From Octopus bimaculoides (lineage: Eukaryota): 58,590 bases of DNA. Location of the stretch: the NCBI RefSeq assembly GCF_001194135.2, contig NC_069009.1:1358396-1416985 (forward strand), in the 5' to 3' direction. Under the pieces are notes generated by a model, which saw nothing but the letters and a program-made list of their open reading frames with translations, searched no databases and had not been told where the DNA came from. Shown in pieces: positions 49,143 to 58,590 of this stretch (position 1 is the stretch's first letter; each line of letters begins with the position of its first letter). The translations under genes were made by a program, and so were the position numbers.

Positions 49143-49476
49143 TTGAAGGCTGATCTCAAAATCTTGAACCTTACAAAGGAGATGACAGACGACTGAGATA
49201 TGTGGTGCATTGCTGTACTGGAGAAGACCTGCCCACCACAATGGAATTGAGATCCTGATACCAAGGTGTTATGTAAAAAGCACTCGTGATGGGGCTGTGT
49301 CTGAATCACCCAGTACACTCTGTGCAGTGGTCGGCATTAGGAAAGTTATCCAGCCATAGAAACCAAGCCAAAAACAGACTATGGAACCTGGTGCAGCCCC
49401 TAGCCTCGTCAGTTCCTGCCAAGCCATACAACCCATTGAAAACAGGGGTTAAATGTTGATGATGAAAATGATAATG
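49143..49476 (+). mobile_element. Retroelement family C, ZF10-like copy
   Basis: Nearly identical to 54105-54369. Confidence 0.75.
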
Positions 49477-49523
49477 TCACAATGATGTTTCCTCTCCTTT
49501 ATGAATGAGTTTGTGTTTAGTTA
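49477..49523 (-). pseudogene. Isolated ZF10-like C-terminal fragment (TKHKLIHKGEETSL*)
   Basis: Near-identical to 54370-54415. Confidence 0.8.
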
Positions 49524-49681
49524 CTGGTGATGGGGCCATGTTAAAAGCACCCATTATAATCTGTGGAGTGGCTAGCATTAGGAAACACTACAGAGTCTGG
49601 TGTGACCCCTAGCCTTGTCCTGCTAAGGCATACAACCCATGCCTGCAATGGAAAACAGGTTAAATGTTGAAGATGATGATG
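49524..49681 (+). mobile_element. Retroelement family C, 5'-truncated, ZF5-like copy
   Basis: GGTGATGGGGCC...AAGCACCC...CAACCCATGCC shared with 24040-24233. Confidence 0.7.
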
Positions 49682-49858
49682 TCACAATGACGTTTGCTGT
49701 CCTACATGAATGAGCTCGTGTTTAGTCAAAGTACCATTCAGAGCGAATCACTTACCACAGATATCACAGTTATGTGGTTTCTCACTTGTATGAATATGTT
49801 TGCGAGTAGTTATCTTTTTCAGAGAATGATTTACCACAGGTATCACAGTGAATGGCTC
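49682..49858 (-). pseudogene. Decayed last two fingers of ZF9 beyond its current stop, ending ...LTKHELIHVGQQTSL*
   Basis: Reverse complement reads [12 protein letters not shown].. then CDICGK*FALNGTLTKHELIH; contains indels and a stop; homologous to the ZF5 and ZF10 C-termini. Confidence 0.85.
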
Positions 49859-51763
49859 CTATCCTGCATGAATGCATTTGTGCTTAGTCAAGAGACTACT
49901 TCTGAAGAATGATTTACCACAGATATCACAATGGTATTGTTCCTCTCCTGTATGAAGACGTTCATGATAATTTAAACTATTTATCTGAGAGAATGTTTTA
50001 CCACAAATATTACAGTGATATGGTTTTTCTCCTGTATGAATACGCTTGTGAGTAGTTAAGTGACTATTTTCAGAGAAAGACTTACCACAGTTATCACAAT
50101 GATATGGTTTCTCACCTGAGTGAATACGTTTGTGTTTAGCTAAATTACTTTTTCCAGAGAATGATTTACCACAGATATCACAATGGTATGGCTCCTCTCC
50201 TGTATGAATGCGTTGATGATGAATTAAACTATTCATCTGAATGAATGTTTTACCACAAATATTACAGAGATAGGGTTTTTCTCCTGTATGAATACGCTTG
50301 TGAGCTATCAGGGTACCACTAGCAGTGAATGATTTACGACAGATATCACACTGATATGGTTTCTCTCCTGTATGAATGCGTTTGTGAGTATTCAAGTGTA
50401 AACTCTTAGAGAATGATTTACCGCAGACAGCACAATGATATGGTGCTTCCCCCGTGTGATTGTATTTATGAGTTGTTAAGGAACTATTTACTGCAAATGA
50501 CTTACCACAGATATCACAGTGATATGGTCTCTCACCTGTATGAATACGCTTGTGAGAAGTTAAGTGGCATTTTTCAGAGAATGACTTATCACAGGTATCA
50601 CAGTGATATGGTTTCTCACCTGTGTGAATACGTATGTGTTTAGCTAAATCAGTTTTTCCAGGGAACGATTTACCACAGATATCGCAATGGTATGGTTCCT
50701 CCCCTGTATGAAGACGTTTATGATAAATTAAACTATTCCTATAAGAGAATGTTTTACCACAAATATCACAGTGATACGGTTTTTCTCCAGTATGAATGCT
50801 CTTGTGAGTAATCAAGGTACCACTAGCAGAGAACGATGCGCCACAGACATCACAGTGGTATGGTTTCTCACCTGTATGAGAGTATCTATGTGTAGTTAAG
50901 TTACTCTTTACAGCGAATGACTTACCACATATATCACAACTGTATGGTTTTTCTCCTGTGTGAATGCGTTTATGAGTTTTTAAAGTACTATTCACTGTAA
51001 ATGACTTACCACAGATATCACAGTGATGTGGCTTCTCACCTGTATGTATACGTCTGTGAGCTTTCAAGTTATCAGTTACAGAAAATGATTTACCACAGAT
51101 ATCACAGTCATATGGTTTCTCACCTGTATGAGAGTAATTATGTCTAATTAACTTACCCTTTACAGCGAATGACTCCCCACATATATCACAACAGTATGGT
51201 TTTTCACCTGTGTGAATGCGTTTATGATTTATTAAGACCCAAATTCCTGCAAATGACTTGCTACATATATCACAATGATGGAGTTTCTCTCCTGTGTGAA
51301 CACGTTCATGTTGAATCAAATTACTTTTCTGAGAGAATGTTTTACCACAAATATCACAGTGATAAGGCTTTTCTCCAGTATGAACACGCTTGTGAGCAAT
51401 CAAGGGACCATTAGTAGTGAACGATCTACCACAGATATCACATTGATATAGTTTCTCACCTGTATGAATACGTTTATGTGTAGTTAAATTTCCTTTTTGA
51501 GAGAATGATTTGCCACAGGTATCACACTGATATGGTTTCTCACCTGCATGAGAGTATTTATGTTTAGTTAGGTTACCCTTTACAGCGAATGACTCGCCAC
51601 AGATATCACAGCGATATGGTTTCTCTCGAGTAGAAATGCATTGATGAGTAGTTAGGTTACCTCTCTGAGAGAAAGACGTTTTGCAGATATCACATTGATA
51701 TAATTTTTCTTTTTCTTTTGTCATCTCTTCAGGAAAAAAGCCATCCTTTCTCACATAACTCAT
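49859..51763 (-). CDS. ZF9: tandem C2H2 zinc-finger protein, 634 aa, 21 intact fingers plus degenerate first finger
   Basis: ORF track translation. Confidence 0.94.
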   Translation of the reverse strand: MSYVRKDGFFPEEMTKEKEKLYQCDICKTSFSQRGNLTTHQCISTREKPYRCDICGESFAVKGNLTKHKYSHAGEKPYQCDTCGKSFSQKGNLTTHKRIHTGEKLYQCDICGRSFTTNGPLIAHKRVHTGEKPYHCDICGKTFSQKSNLIQHERVHTGEKLHHCDICSKSFAGIWVLINHKRIHTGEKPYCCDICGESFAVKGKLIRHNYSHTGEKPYDCDICGKSFSVTDNLKAHRRIHTGEKPHHCDICGKSFTVNSTLKTHKRIHTGEKPYSCDICGKSFAVKSNLTTHRYSHTGEKPYHCDVCGASFSASGTLITHKSIHTGEKPYHCDICGKTFSYRNSLIYHKRLHTGEEPYHCDICGKSFPGKTDLAKHIRIHTGEKPYHCDTCDKSFSEKCHLTSHKRIHTGERPYHCDICGKSFAVNSSLTTHKYNHTGEAPYHCAVCGKSFSKSLHLNTHKRIHTGEKPYQCDICRKSFTASGTLIAHKRIHTGEKPYLCNICGKTFIQMNSLIHHQRIHTGEEPYHCDICGKSFSGKSNLAKHKRIHSGEKPYHCDNCGKSFSENSHLTTHKRIHTGEKPYHCNICGKTFSQINSLNYHERLHTGEEQYHCDICGKSFFRSSLLTKHKCIHAG

Positions 51764-52480
51764 TGTTCTATAATGTTTCTGATAACACCATAATAAATAT
51801 ATATTTTTCTTGTGTTTCTTTTTATATATATGTTTCTATTGACTTCAGTATCTGAAGGTTACAAATTTCCTTGTAAATGTATCCATGTTTAATTCGAATA
51901 TTCCAGACAGTGAGGAGGAGAAATATCGCTGTTCAGAACAAAGTATTTCACAGTTATTCATCATAGATATATTATATAAACATGTTTATATCTATTATTC
52001 ACAACATCTTCCTTTCGTCTTTAAAGGATTATTGACATTCATGATGTATCTCAAGTAGAAATCCATTCATGCCACACACGTCTGATGTTCTGAAATGATA
52101 TCAAACAGAAAATAGTTAAAAAGGAGAGATTCAATAATAGAAATGCTAGTATATTTCTATAAGGATAGACTGTGGATATAAATTTTTGCCTAAAAAGTTA
52201 CTTTCTATTTTGTTATTAAAATTATATTCTACAACCTTGGGTATATCTTCTGGATGCACTCGTCCAATTTTACCCGTATACGTAGACAAACATCGCAGTT
52301 ACAAAGCGGATGGTATCACAGAGATACGTGCGATATTCGGCTAAGTCAACAAATTAATTATCCTTTTATGTGACTATTATAATCAATTAAACTGAATTAA
52401 TTACGGTATATTTCATACACATGAAAATAGCAAGGCATTCAGAGATTTGAACTTTACCGAAATGAATATTAATATCTTAC

Positions 52481-52630
52481 CTGTGTTTTATATAAAACAG
52501 GGTTTAATGAGAAATATCTTTTAATCTACGTTAAGAGGTAGCTACACACAAACTTGAATCGCAAGATATTTCAAAAAGTCGGCACGGTAAACAGCGAAAC
52601 GAATTAAAAATCTGCGGGTTGTGTACCTAA
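52481..52630 (-). other. Putative non-coding exon 1 of ZF9
   Basis: Same motif and CAG|GTAAGATA donor. Confidence 0.6.
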
Positions 52631-53201
52631 TGTTAATAACATTTTGTTGATTACAAAGCAAATGCTACCAATTTTTTTCCTTTTTAATTGCTTCAAAATA
52701 AACTTAGAAATATAATACGGAATTTTTAAACCATGCATTGTAAAGATTATCTAGACGAAATTATATTTTATTAATGATACTTATAATAAAAGATGCAAAA
52801 CTAGAACTGGAATGAAGAAAACGAAGGATCGATAACCAGTTAAAATATAGTAACGTTTTCGCAAAAGAATCAGTGCTGGATATAATTTCTGTAGAAATAA
52901 CCTTAACAAAATGATGTCTGAATACTTTATATCGCTTTCTCTTCGATACTCCTCTCCAACGTTTGGTAGCCGTAATAAATAAATATAGTCTTGAGATTTT
53001 GGCTCAGGGCTAGCAATTTCGGAGCAAAGTGTTTATAGCGTACTATAGTTTCAGGTTTAACTCAACAAATCTAATGAATTAATTGCGATAATTAATCTAA
53101 TTTAAATTTTTGAGTGCAACTCTCACCAGCACTATTTCCACATTTTCCCAAAAACAAGAATTTAAAAAATTATTACTTTGTCTTCAGCCATTCAAAATCC
53201 G

Positions 53202-53387
53202 GCTACATTCGGGCAAGACAGATATAAATGATTTTAAAATTACGATGAGGATCGTACTCAAAAATTTAATTTAAATTAATTTTTGTAATTAATTTATTTG
53301 ATTTCTCGAGTTACACCCGGAAGTATAGTACGTTATTAACTCACAGTAATTTAAAAATTATTTATATTTGTCTTGCCCGAATACAGC
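53202..53387. repeat. Inverted repeat with arms of about 40 bp, MITE-like
   Basis: ATTCGGGCAAGACA.ATATAAAT mirrored. Confidence 0.6.
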
Positions 53388-53641
53388 TGAATTTCAAATC
53401 TAGGAAATATATAGAAGCTTAATGGAAACATTTATTTTTCAACGTTAGGAGACAGATAGTATCTATCTTCCTCCCTTCTCTTTATATATATATATACACA
53501 CACACATATATAGACAATTGTATTTTGCCGCCAGGCTTACGCATGTTGAAATTCATTAAGGAAGTCTGTTTTCTTATCCTCGTGTTTTGATATATACATA
53601 TAATATACAAGAAACACATTAAAATTTCAAACAAATTTATT

Positions 53642-54097
53642 TTAATACGGTGTAGGACTGCCTTTGGCAGTAATTACAACTTGAATTCTATGAGCTATTG
53701 ATTTTTACAAAGATTAAATTGTTTCCAAAGGAATTTTTGTCCATACTTCAGCTAAAACAGTCTCCAGTTCTGGTAGTGATGATGTTGGAGGATATTGACT
53801 CCTTACTTGTTTTTCTAAAATGCACCATAAATGTTCAATAATACTGAGATCTGGGTGGTGTGGTGGCCAGATATGATGTTCAACTTCACTAGAGTGTTCT
53901 TCGTGTCATTCAGCAACAACTTTAGCTGTGTGAATTGGTGCATTAGCATCCTGAAGGATGATTGTCTTTCCCTCTGGAAAGATTTCCGCAACCATAAGAT
54001 GAATCTGATCAGATAAAATGCTTAAATAGTCTTGACTATTAACTCTGCCATGAAGGGAAACCATTGGGCCGGCAGATTTCCAAGATATAGTCCCCAC
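53642..54097 (-). mobile_element. Tc1/mariner transposase C-terminal fragment (pseudogenised)
   Basis: ILQDANAPIH...WPPHHPDLSIIEHLW...VITAKGSPTPY*, resembling the Tc1 QDNAPxH and WPxxSPDLNPIE motifs. Confidence 0.85.
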
Positions 54098-54104
54098 CCC
54101 AGAT

Positions 54105-54369
54105 CATCTGTACTGGAGAATACCTGCCCACCACAACGAATTGAGGTCCTGATACCAAGGTGTTATGTAAAAAGCACTCGTGATGGGGCTGTGTCTGAAT
54201 CACCCAGTACACTCTGTACAGTGGTTGGCATTAGGAAAGTTATCCAGGCATAGAAACCAAGCCAAAACAGACTATGGAACCTGGTGCATCCCCTAACCTC
54301 GTCAGTTCCTGCCAAGCCATACAACCCATTGAAAACAGACGTTAAATGTTGATGATGAAAATGATAATG
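54105..54369 (+). mobile_element. Retroelement family C at the ZF10 3' end, 5' part missing next to the Tc1 fragment
   Basis: Homology to 49210-49476. Confidence 0.75.
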
Positions 54370-55449
54370 TCACAATGAGGTTTCCTCTCCATTATGAATG
54401 AGTTTGTGTTTAGTCAAAGTGCCATTCACAGCAAACGATTTACCACAAATATCACAGTGATATGGTTTCTCACCTGTATGTATGTATTTGTGCTTAGTTA
54501 AGAGACTACTTCTAGAGAACGATTTACCACAGACATCACAGTGATATGGCTTCTCTCCCGTGTGAATGTGTTTGTGCATAGTCAAGATACTACTTCTAGA
54601 GAATGACTCGCCACATATATCACAGCAATATGGCTTCTCTCCTGTGTGAATACGTTTGTGATTTACCAAATTATTTCTGCTAGACAATGATTTACCACAT
54701 ATATCACAATGATGGAGTTTATCTCCTGTGTGAAGATATTTATGATGGATTAAATTACTTGTCTGAGAGAATTTTTTACCACATATATCACAGTGATACG
54801 GTTTTTCTCCAGTATGAATGCGCCTGTGAGCAATCAAGAGACCATTAGTAGTGAACGATTTACCACAGATCTCACAGTGATATGGCTTATCACCTGTATG
54901 AATACGTGTGTGTGTAGTTAAACTACATTTCTGAGAGAATGACTTACCACAGATATCACAGTGATATGGTTTCTCGCCTGTGTGAGAGTATCTATGTGTG
55001 ATTAAGCTACTCCTTACAGTGAATGACTTATCACATATATCACAGCAGTATGGTTTTTCTCCTGTGTGGATGCGTTTATGAGCTATTAAGACACTAATTA
55101 CTGCAAATGATTTCCCACAGATATCACAGTGATGTGGTTTCTCACCTGTATGAATGTGTTTGTGAGTAGTTAAGATACTTTTTTGAGAGAATGACTTACC
55201 ACAGATATCACAGTGATATGGTTTCTCACCTGTATGAGAGTAATTATGTCTAATTAAATTACTCTTTACTGTAAATGACTCGCCACATATATCACAGCGA
55301 TATGGTTTCTCTCGAGTAGAAATGCATTTATGAGTAGTTATGTTATCTCTCTGAGAGAAAGACGTTTTGCAGATATCACAATGATATAATTTTTCTCTTT
55401 CTTTTGTCATCTCTTCAGGAAATAAGCCATCCTTTCTCACATAACTCAT
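54370..55449 (-). CDS. ZF10: tandem C2H2 zinc-finger protein, 359 aa, 11 intact fingers plus degenerate first finger, ends TSL*
   Basis: ORF track translation. Confidence 0.94.
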   Translation of the reverse strand: MSYVRKDGLFPEEMTKEREKLYHCDICKTSFSQRDNITTHKCISTREKPYRCDICGESFTVKSNLIRHNYSHTGEKPYHCDICGKSFSQKSILTTHKHIHTGEKPHHCDICGKSFAVISVLIAHKRIHTGEKPYCCDICDKSFTVRSSLITHRYSHTGEKPYHCDICGKSFSQKCSLTTHTRIHTGDKPYHCEICGKSFTTNGLLIAHRRIHTGEKPYHCDICGKKFSQTSNLIHHKYLHTGDKLHHCDICGKSLSSRNNLVNHKRIHTGEKPYCCDICGESFSRSSILTMHKHIHTGEKPYHCDVCGKSFSRSSLLTKHKYIHTGEKPYHCDICGKSFAVNGTLTKHKLIHNGEETSL

Positions 55450-55499
55450 TGTTCTGTAATGTTTCTGATACTACCACAATAAATATATTTTTTTCTTGT

Positions 55500-55757
55500 G
55501 TTTTTATATCTGAAGGTTACAAATTTCCTTGTAAATGTAATATATCGTTATTCATCTCAGTTCAGAACAAAGTATTTCACAGTTATTCATCACAGATATA
55601 TTATATAAACATGTTTATATCTATTGTGTTTCTTTTTATATCTGAAGGTTACAAATTTCCTTGTAAATGTAATATATCGCTATTTATCTCAGTTCAGAAC
55701 AAAGTATTTCACAGTTATTCATCACAGATATATTATATAAACATGTTTATATCTATT
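55500..55757. repeat. 132-bp tandem duplication upstream of the ZF10 ATG
   Basis: CTGAAGGTTACAAATTTCC at 55510 and 55642; copies nearly identical. Confidence 0.92.
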
Positions 55758-56145
55758 ATTGACAACATCTTCCTTTCGTCTTTAAAAGATTATTGATATT
55801 CATGATGTATCTCAAGTAGAAATCCATTCATGCCACACACGTCTGATGTTCTGAAATGATATAAGACAGAGAAAATAGTTAGAAAGGAGAGATTCAATAA
55901 TAGAGATGTTAGTATCTTATGTATAAAAGGCAGATTTTCTGTGTGTGTACGTTTAAAATTCATACTTGCAAGCGGAATAACGACCTCCGATACAAAACAG
56001 AAGGGACTACAGAGAAACAGCATGTTACATTCACCTGATTTTATAAATTGTCATTTTATGCGACTACCATCATCAATTAAACTGAATTAATTACTGTATA
56101 TTTCATACACATAAAAAAGCAAAACATTCAGAGATTTCAACTTAC

Positions 56146-56290
56146 CTGGTGTTTTACAGATATCGGGTTTTCATATGAAATATCTTTAATTATTTTAAGA
56201 GGCGATTTCACAAGAAATTAAATCTTGAAGCATTTCAAAAAACCGACATGGCAAACAGCGAAACGAAAAACCTTCTAGGTGTTTTGTACA
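56146..56290 (-). other. Putative non-coding exon 1 of ZF10
   Basis: Same motif and CCAG|GTAAG donor. Confidence 0.6.
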
Positions 56291-57003
56291 TTTGTGTCAT
56301 CAATCTTTTGTTGTTTACAGATATAATGTTACCGATTTGTTTTTTGGGTTTTTTTTTCCTTTTTAAGAGTTTCAAATTACATTTAGAAATATAATACAGA
56401 GTTTTTTTAAACCATGTACTGTAAAGATTATCTGGATAAAATTATATTTTATGGGTGGGAAGATGCAAAACTAGAACTGGAATGGGGAAACGAAAGATCG
56501 GTATCTTGTCAAAACAGAACGTAGATTATTTGGAATAGAATAAAAAAGAATTAAATTAAAGTTACGTGACTTAAATTTATCCCAAAATTCCACTGAAGCA
56601 TCTAATATAGTAGATCATTTTTAATATAATGATTCTGTGGTATTTTAAAATTTGGTCAAATTAAAATTTTCATCATCATGTTTAATAGTAGATGTAGATT
56701 TTGTTACGTTTCGAATTTCGTCAGATTATTATTTAAAAAGAGAAATGTTGTTTTGAAATGCTGAGGATTAAATGAATTATAAAGTTACAAGCTAAAAGTT
56801 ATGTTATTTTAGCCAATCAAAAGCCTACATTGGCGGCATATCATCTGTGCCGATCAGAACACACACGAAGCGTTTATATGGTCTCCCGATCCGCTAGAAA
56901 TAGCGGGTTAGATAACTATACAGTGAACCTTGGTTTACGAATTTTCATCTTTCCTGTAGACCTTTTCTCATCTGAAATGTTCGTAAACCGAAAAAACTTT
57001 CTC

Positions 57004-57200
57004 AGTGTGGCTGTGTGGTAAGAATCTTGCTTCACAACCATACGGTACTTGGTTCAGTCTCACTGCATAACAGCTTGTGGAAGTGTCACGTACAACAGCC
57101 TAGGGCCAACAAGCCTTGTGAGTGGATTTCGTTGACGGAAACTGAAAGAAGCCCGTCGTGTGTGTATCTGTGTCATTGTTTGTGCCCCATCATCGCTTGA
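57004..57200 (+). mobile_element. SINE family D, degraded 5' part
   Basis: TGGCTGTGTGGTAAG...AAGCCTTGTGAGTGGATTT. Confidence 0.7.
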
Positions 57201-57379
57201 CAATCTGTAATGGTTACGGTGTATCAGAATGTGGTGAGGTAAACAGATACGATAGGCATTTGCATGCCTTCGAAATGAACAATTGACCGACGTCGATTTA
57301 TAGATAACATAATTTATTTACGGGACTTGCATTTGCTGTTGTTATGCACAGTTTTTCACAACATTAATCTGTTGCCAGT

Positions 57380-57755
57380 GGAGGCGCAATGGCCCAGTGG
57401 TTAGGGCAGCGGACTCGCGGGTTCGATTCCCAGACCGGGCGTTGTGAGTGTTTATTGAGCGAAAACACCTAAAAGCTTCACGAGGTTCCGGCAGGGGATG
57501 GTGGTGAACCCTGCTGTACTCTTTCGCCCCAACTTTCTCTCACTCTTTCTTCCTGTTCCTGTTGTGCCTGTAATTCAAAGGGTCAGCCTTGTCACACTCT
57601 GTGTTACGCTGAATATCCCCGAGAACTACGTTAAGGATACGCGTGTTTGTGGAGTGCTCAGCCACTTGCACGTTAATTTCACGAGCAGGCTGTTCCGTTG
57701 ATCGGATCAACTGGAACCCACGACGTCGTAAGCGACGGAGTGCCAACAACAACAA
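57380..57755 (+). mobile_element. SINE family A, full length
   Basis: Shared head and body, (CAA)n tail. Confidence 0.88.
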
Positions 57756-58590
57756 TCTTTTGTCAACTGCTACGAGTTAAGAGGAATAAAAACAGGGTTC
57801 ATCTGTGGATATGATGTGGTAGGACAGAATATGTTTTGTGTCAGTCGTTCATCTGAGGAAGTGTCCCGATCCTTTTTTTCTTTTCCTTTATTGCCCACAA
57901 GGGGCTTAACATAGAGGAGACAAACAAGGGATTAAGTCGATTACATCGATCCCAGTGCGTAACTGGTACTTAATTTATCAACTCCGAAAGGATGAAAAGC
58001 AAAAAGTCGACCTCGGCAGAATTTGAAACTGAAAGATGTCCATAGTGTGTGTGTGTGTGTGTGTGTATGTGTGTGTATGTGGTGCATTTGTGTTTGTTCC
58101 CCTTCACTGCTTGATACTAGGTGTTGGTTTGTTAACATCCTTATAGCTCAGCAGTTTGGCAACAGTAACCAATAGAAATAGGTGCCTGGTTTCAAAATAA
58201 GTATTGAGATTACTTCATTGAAATAAATCCCTCGAACGTGACGCCCCCAGCATGGCTGCAGTCCATGAAATGAGTAAACGATCAGAACCTCACATTACTA
58301 AGGTTCAATCTGAAATCTTTTTGGAAATGTTTCCTCATCAGATGACAGTGATTCAACAGCAGGCCTGTGGAATGAATCAGAAGAGGAGGGATCAGGTTTC
58401 GATATCAGAAGGGAGCAAGCCACTGTCTTCACCATCACTGGAGATGCTCTCCATAAAATAATTTTTGTGGCCAGAGCTGGTGACATGTAAAAGACACCCA
58501 GAGTATTCTGTACAGTGGTTGCTGTTGGGAGGGGCATCCAGCCATAGAAACCATGCCACAAAAGACAACAGGGGCCTGGTGCAGCTCTCT

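Noticed and set aside
1773-51414. Antisense or off-frame ORFs of the [19 protein letters not shown] type overlapping every ZF gene
   Set aside because: They are shadows of the 84-bp finger repeat, whose codon usage leaves another frame open; there is no independent coding evidence
55404-55796. 130-aa ORF with an internal repeat
   Set aside because: Translation of the 132-bp non-coding tandem duplication on the strand opposite ZF10
6576-57460. tRNA-like sequences with A and B boxes
   Set aside because: They are SINE heads that run into a shared SINE body; I see no complete acceptor stem, so they are not called as tRNA genes
4269-57755. Recurrent short ORFs such as MRESCGERVQQGSPP, MFIERKHL and MLLLALRRLRRRG
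   Set aside because: Chance translations of SINE family A copies

Overview
AT-rich animal genomic DNA, most likely an octopus scaffold. That assignment is inferred from the zinc-finger style, the SINE families and (TA)n-linked gaps, and is not database-confirmed. The window is a tandem cluster of ten intact C2H2 zinc-finger genes (my labels ZF1-ZF10; orientation + + + - - - - + - -; about 144 intact fingers by hand count). Each gene is one uninterrupted finger-array ORF with a short N-terminal leader and no recognisable KRAB/SCAN/ZAD/BTB domain. All ten share a conserved upstream splice-acceptor motif, and seven have a recognisable non-coding first exon. The spacers hold tRNA-headed SINEs, RTE-tail retroelements, an RTE LINE fragment, hAT and piggyBac MITEs, and Helitron, Tc1 and probable Merlin remnants. 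Most notable: (1) a retroelement that split a finger in the ZF5/ZF9/ZF10 ancestor; (2) an orphan paralogous first exon pointing away from ZF5 with no gene body; (3) a 169-bp TTAGGG-bearing palindromic element with an 8-bp TSD; (4) start-codon turnover and finger-cassette shuffling among paralogs. Repeat boundaries were read by eye and are approximate unless a TSD is cited.
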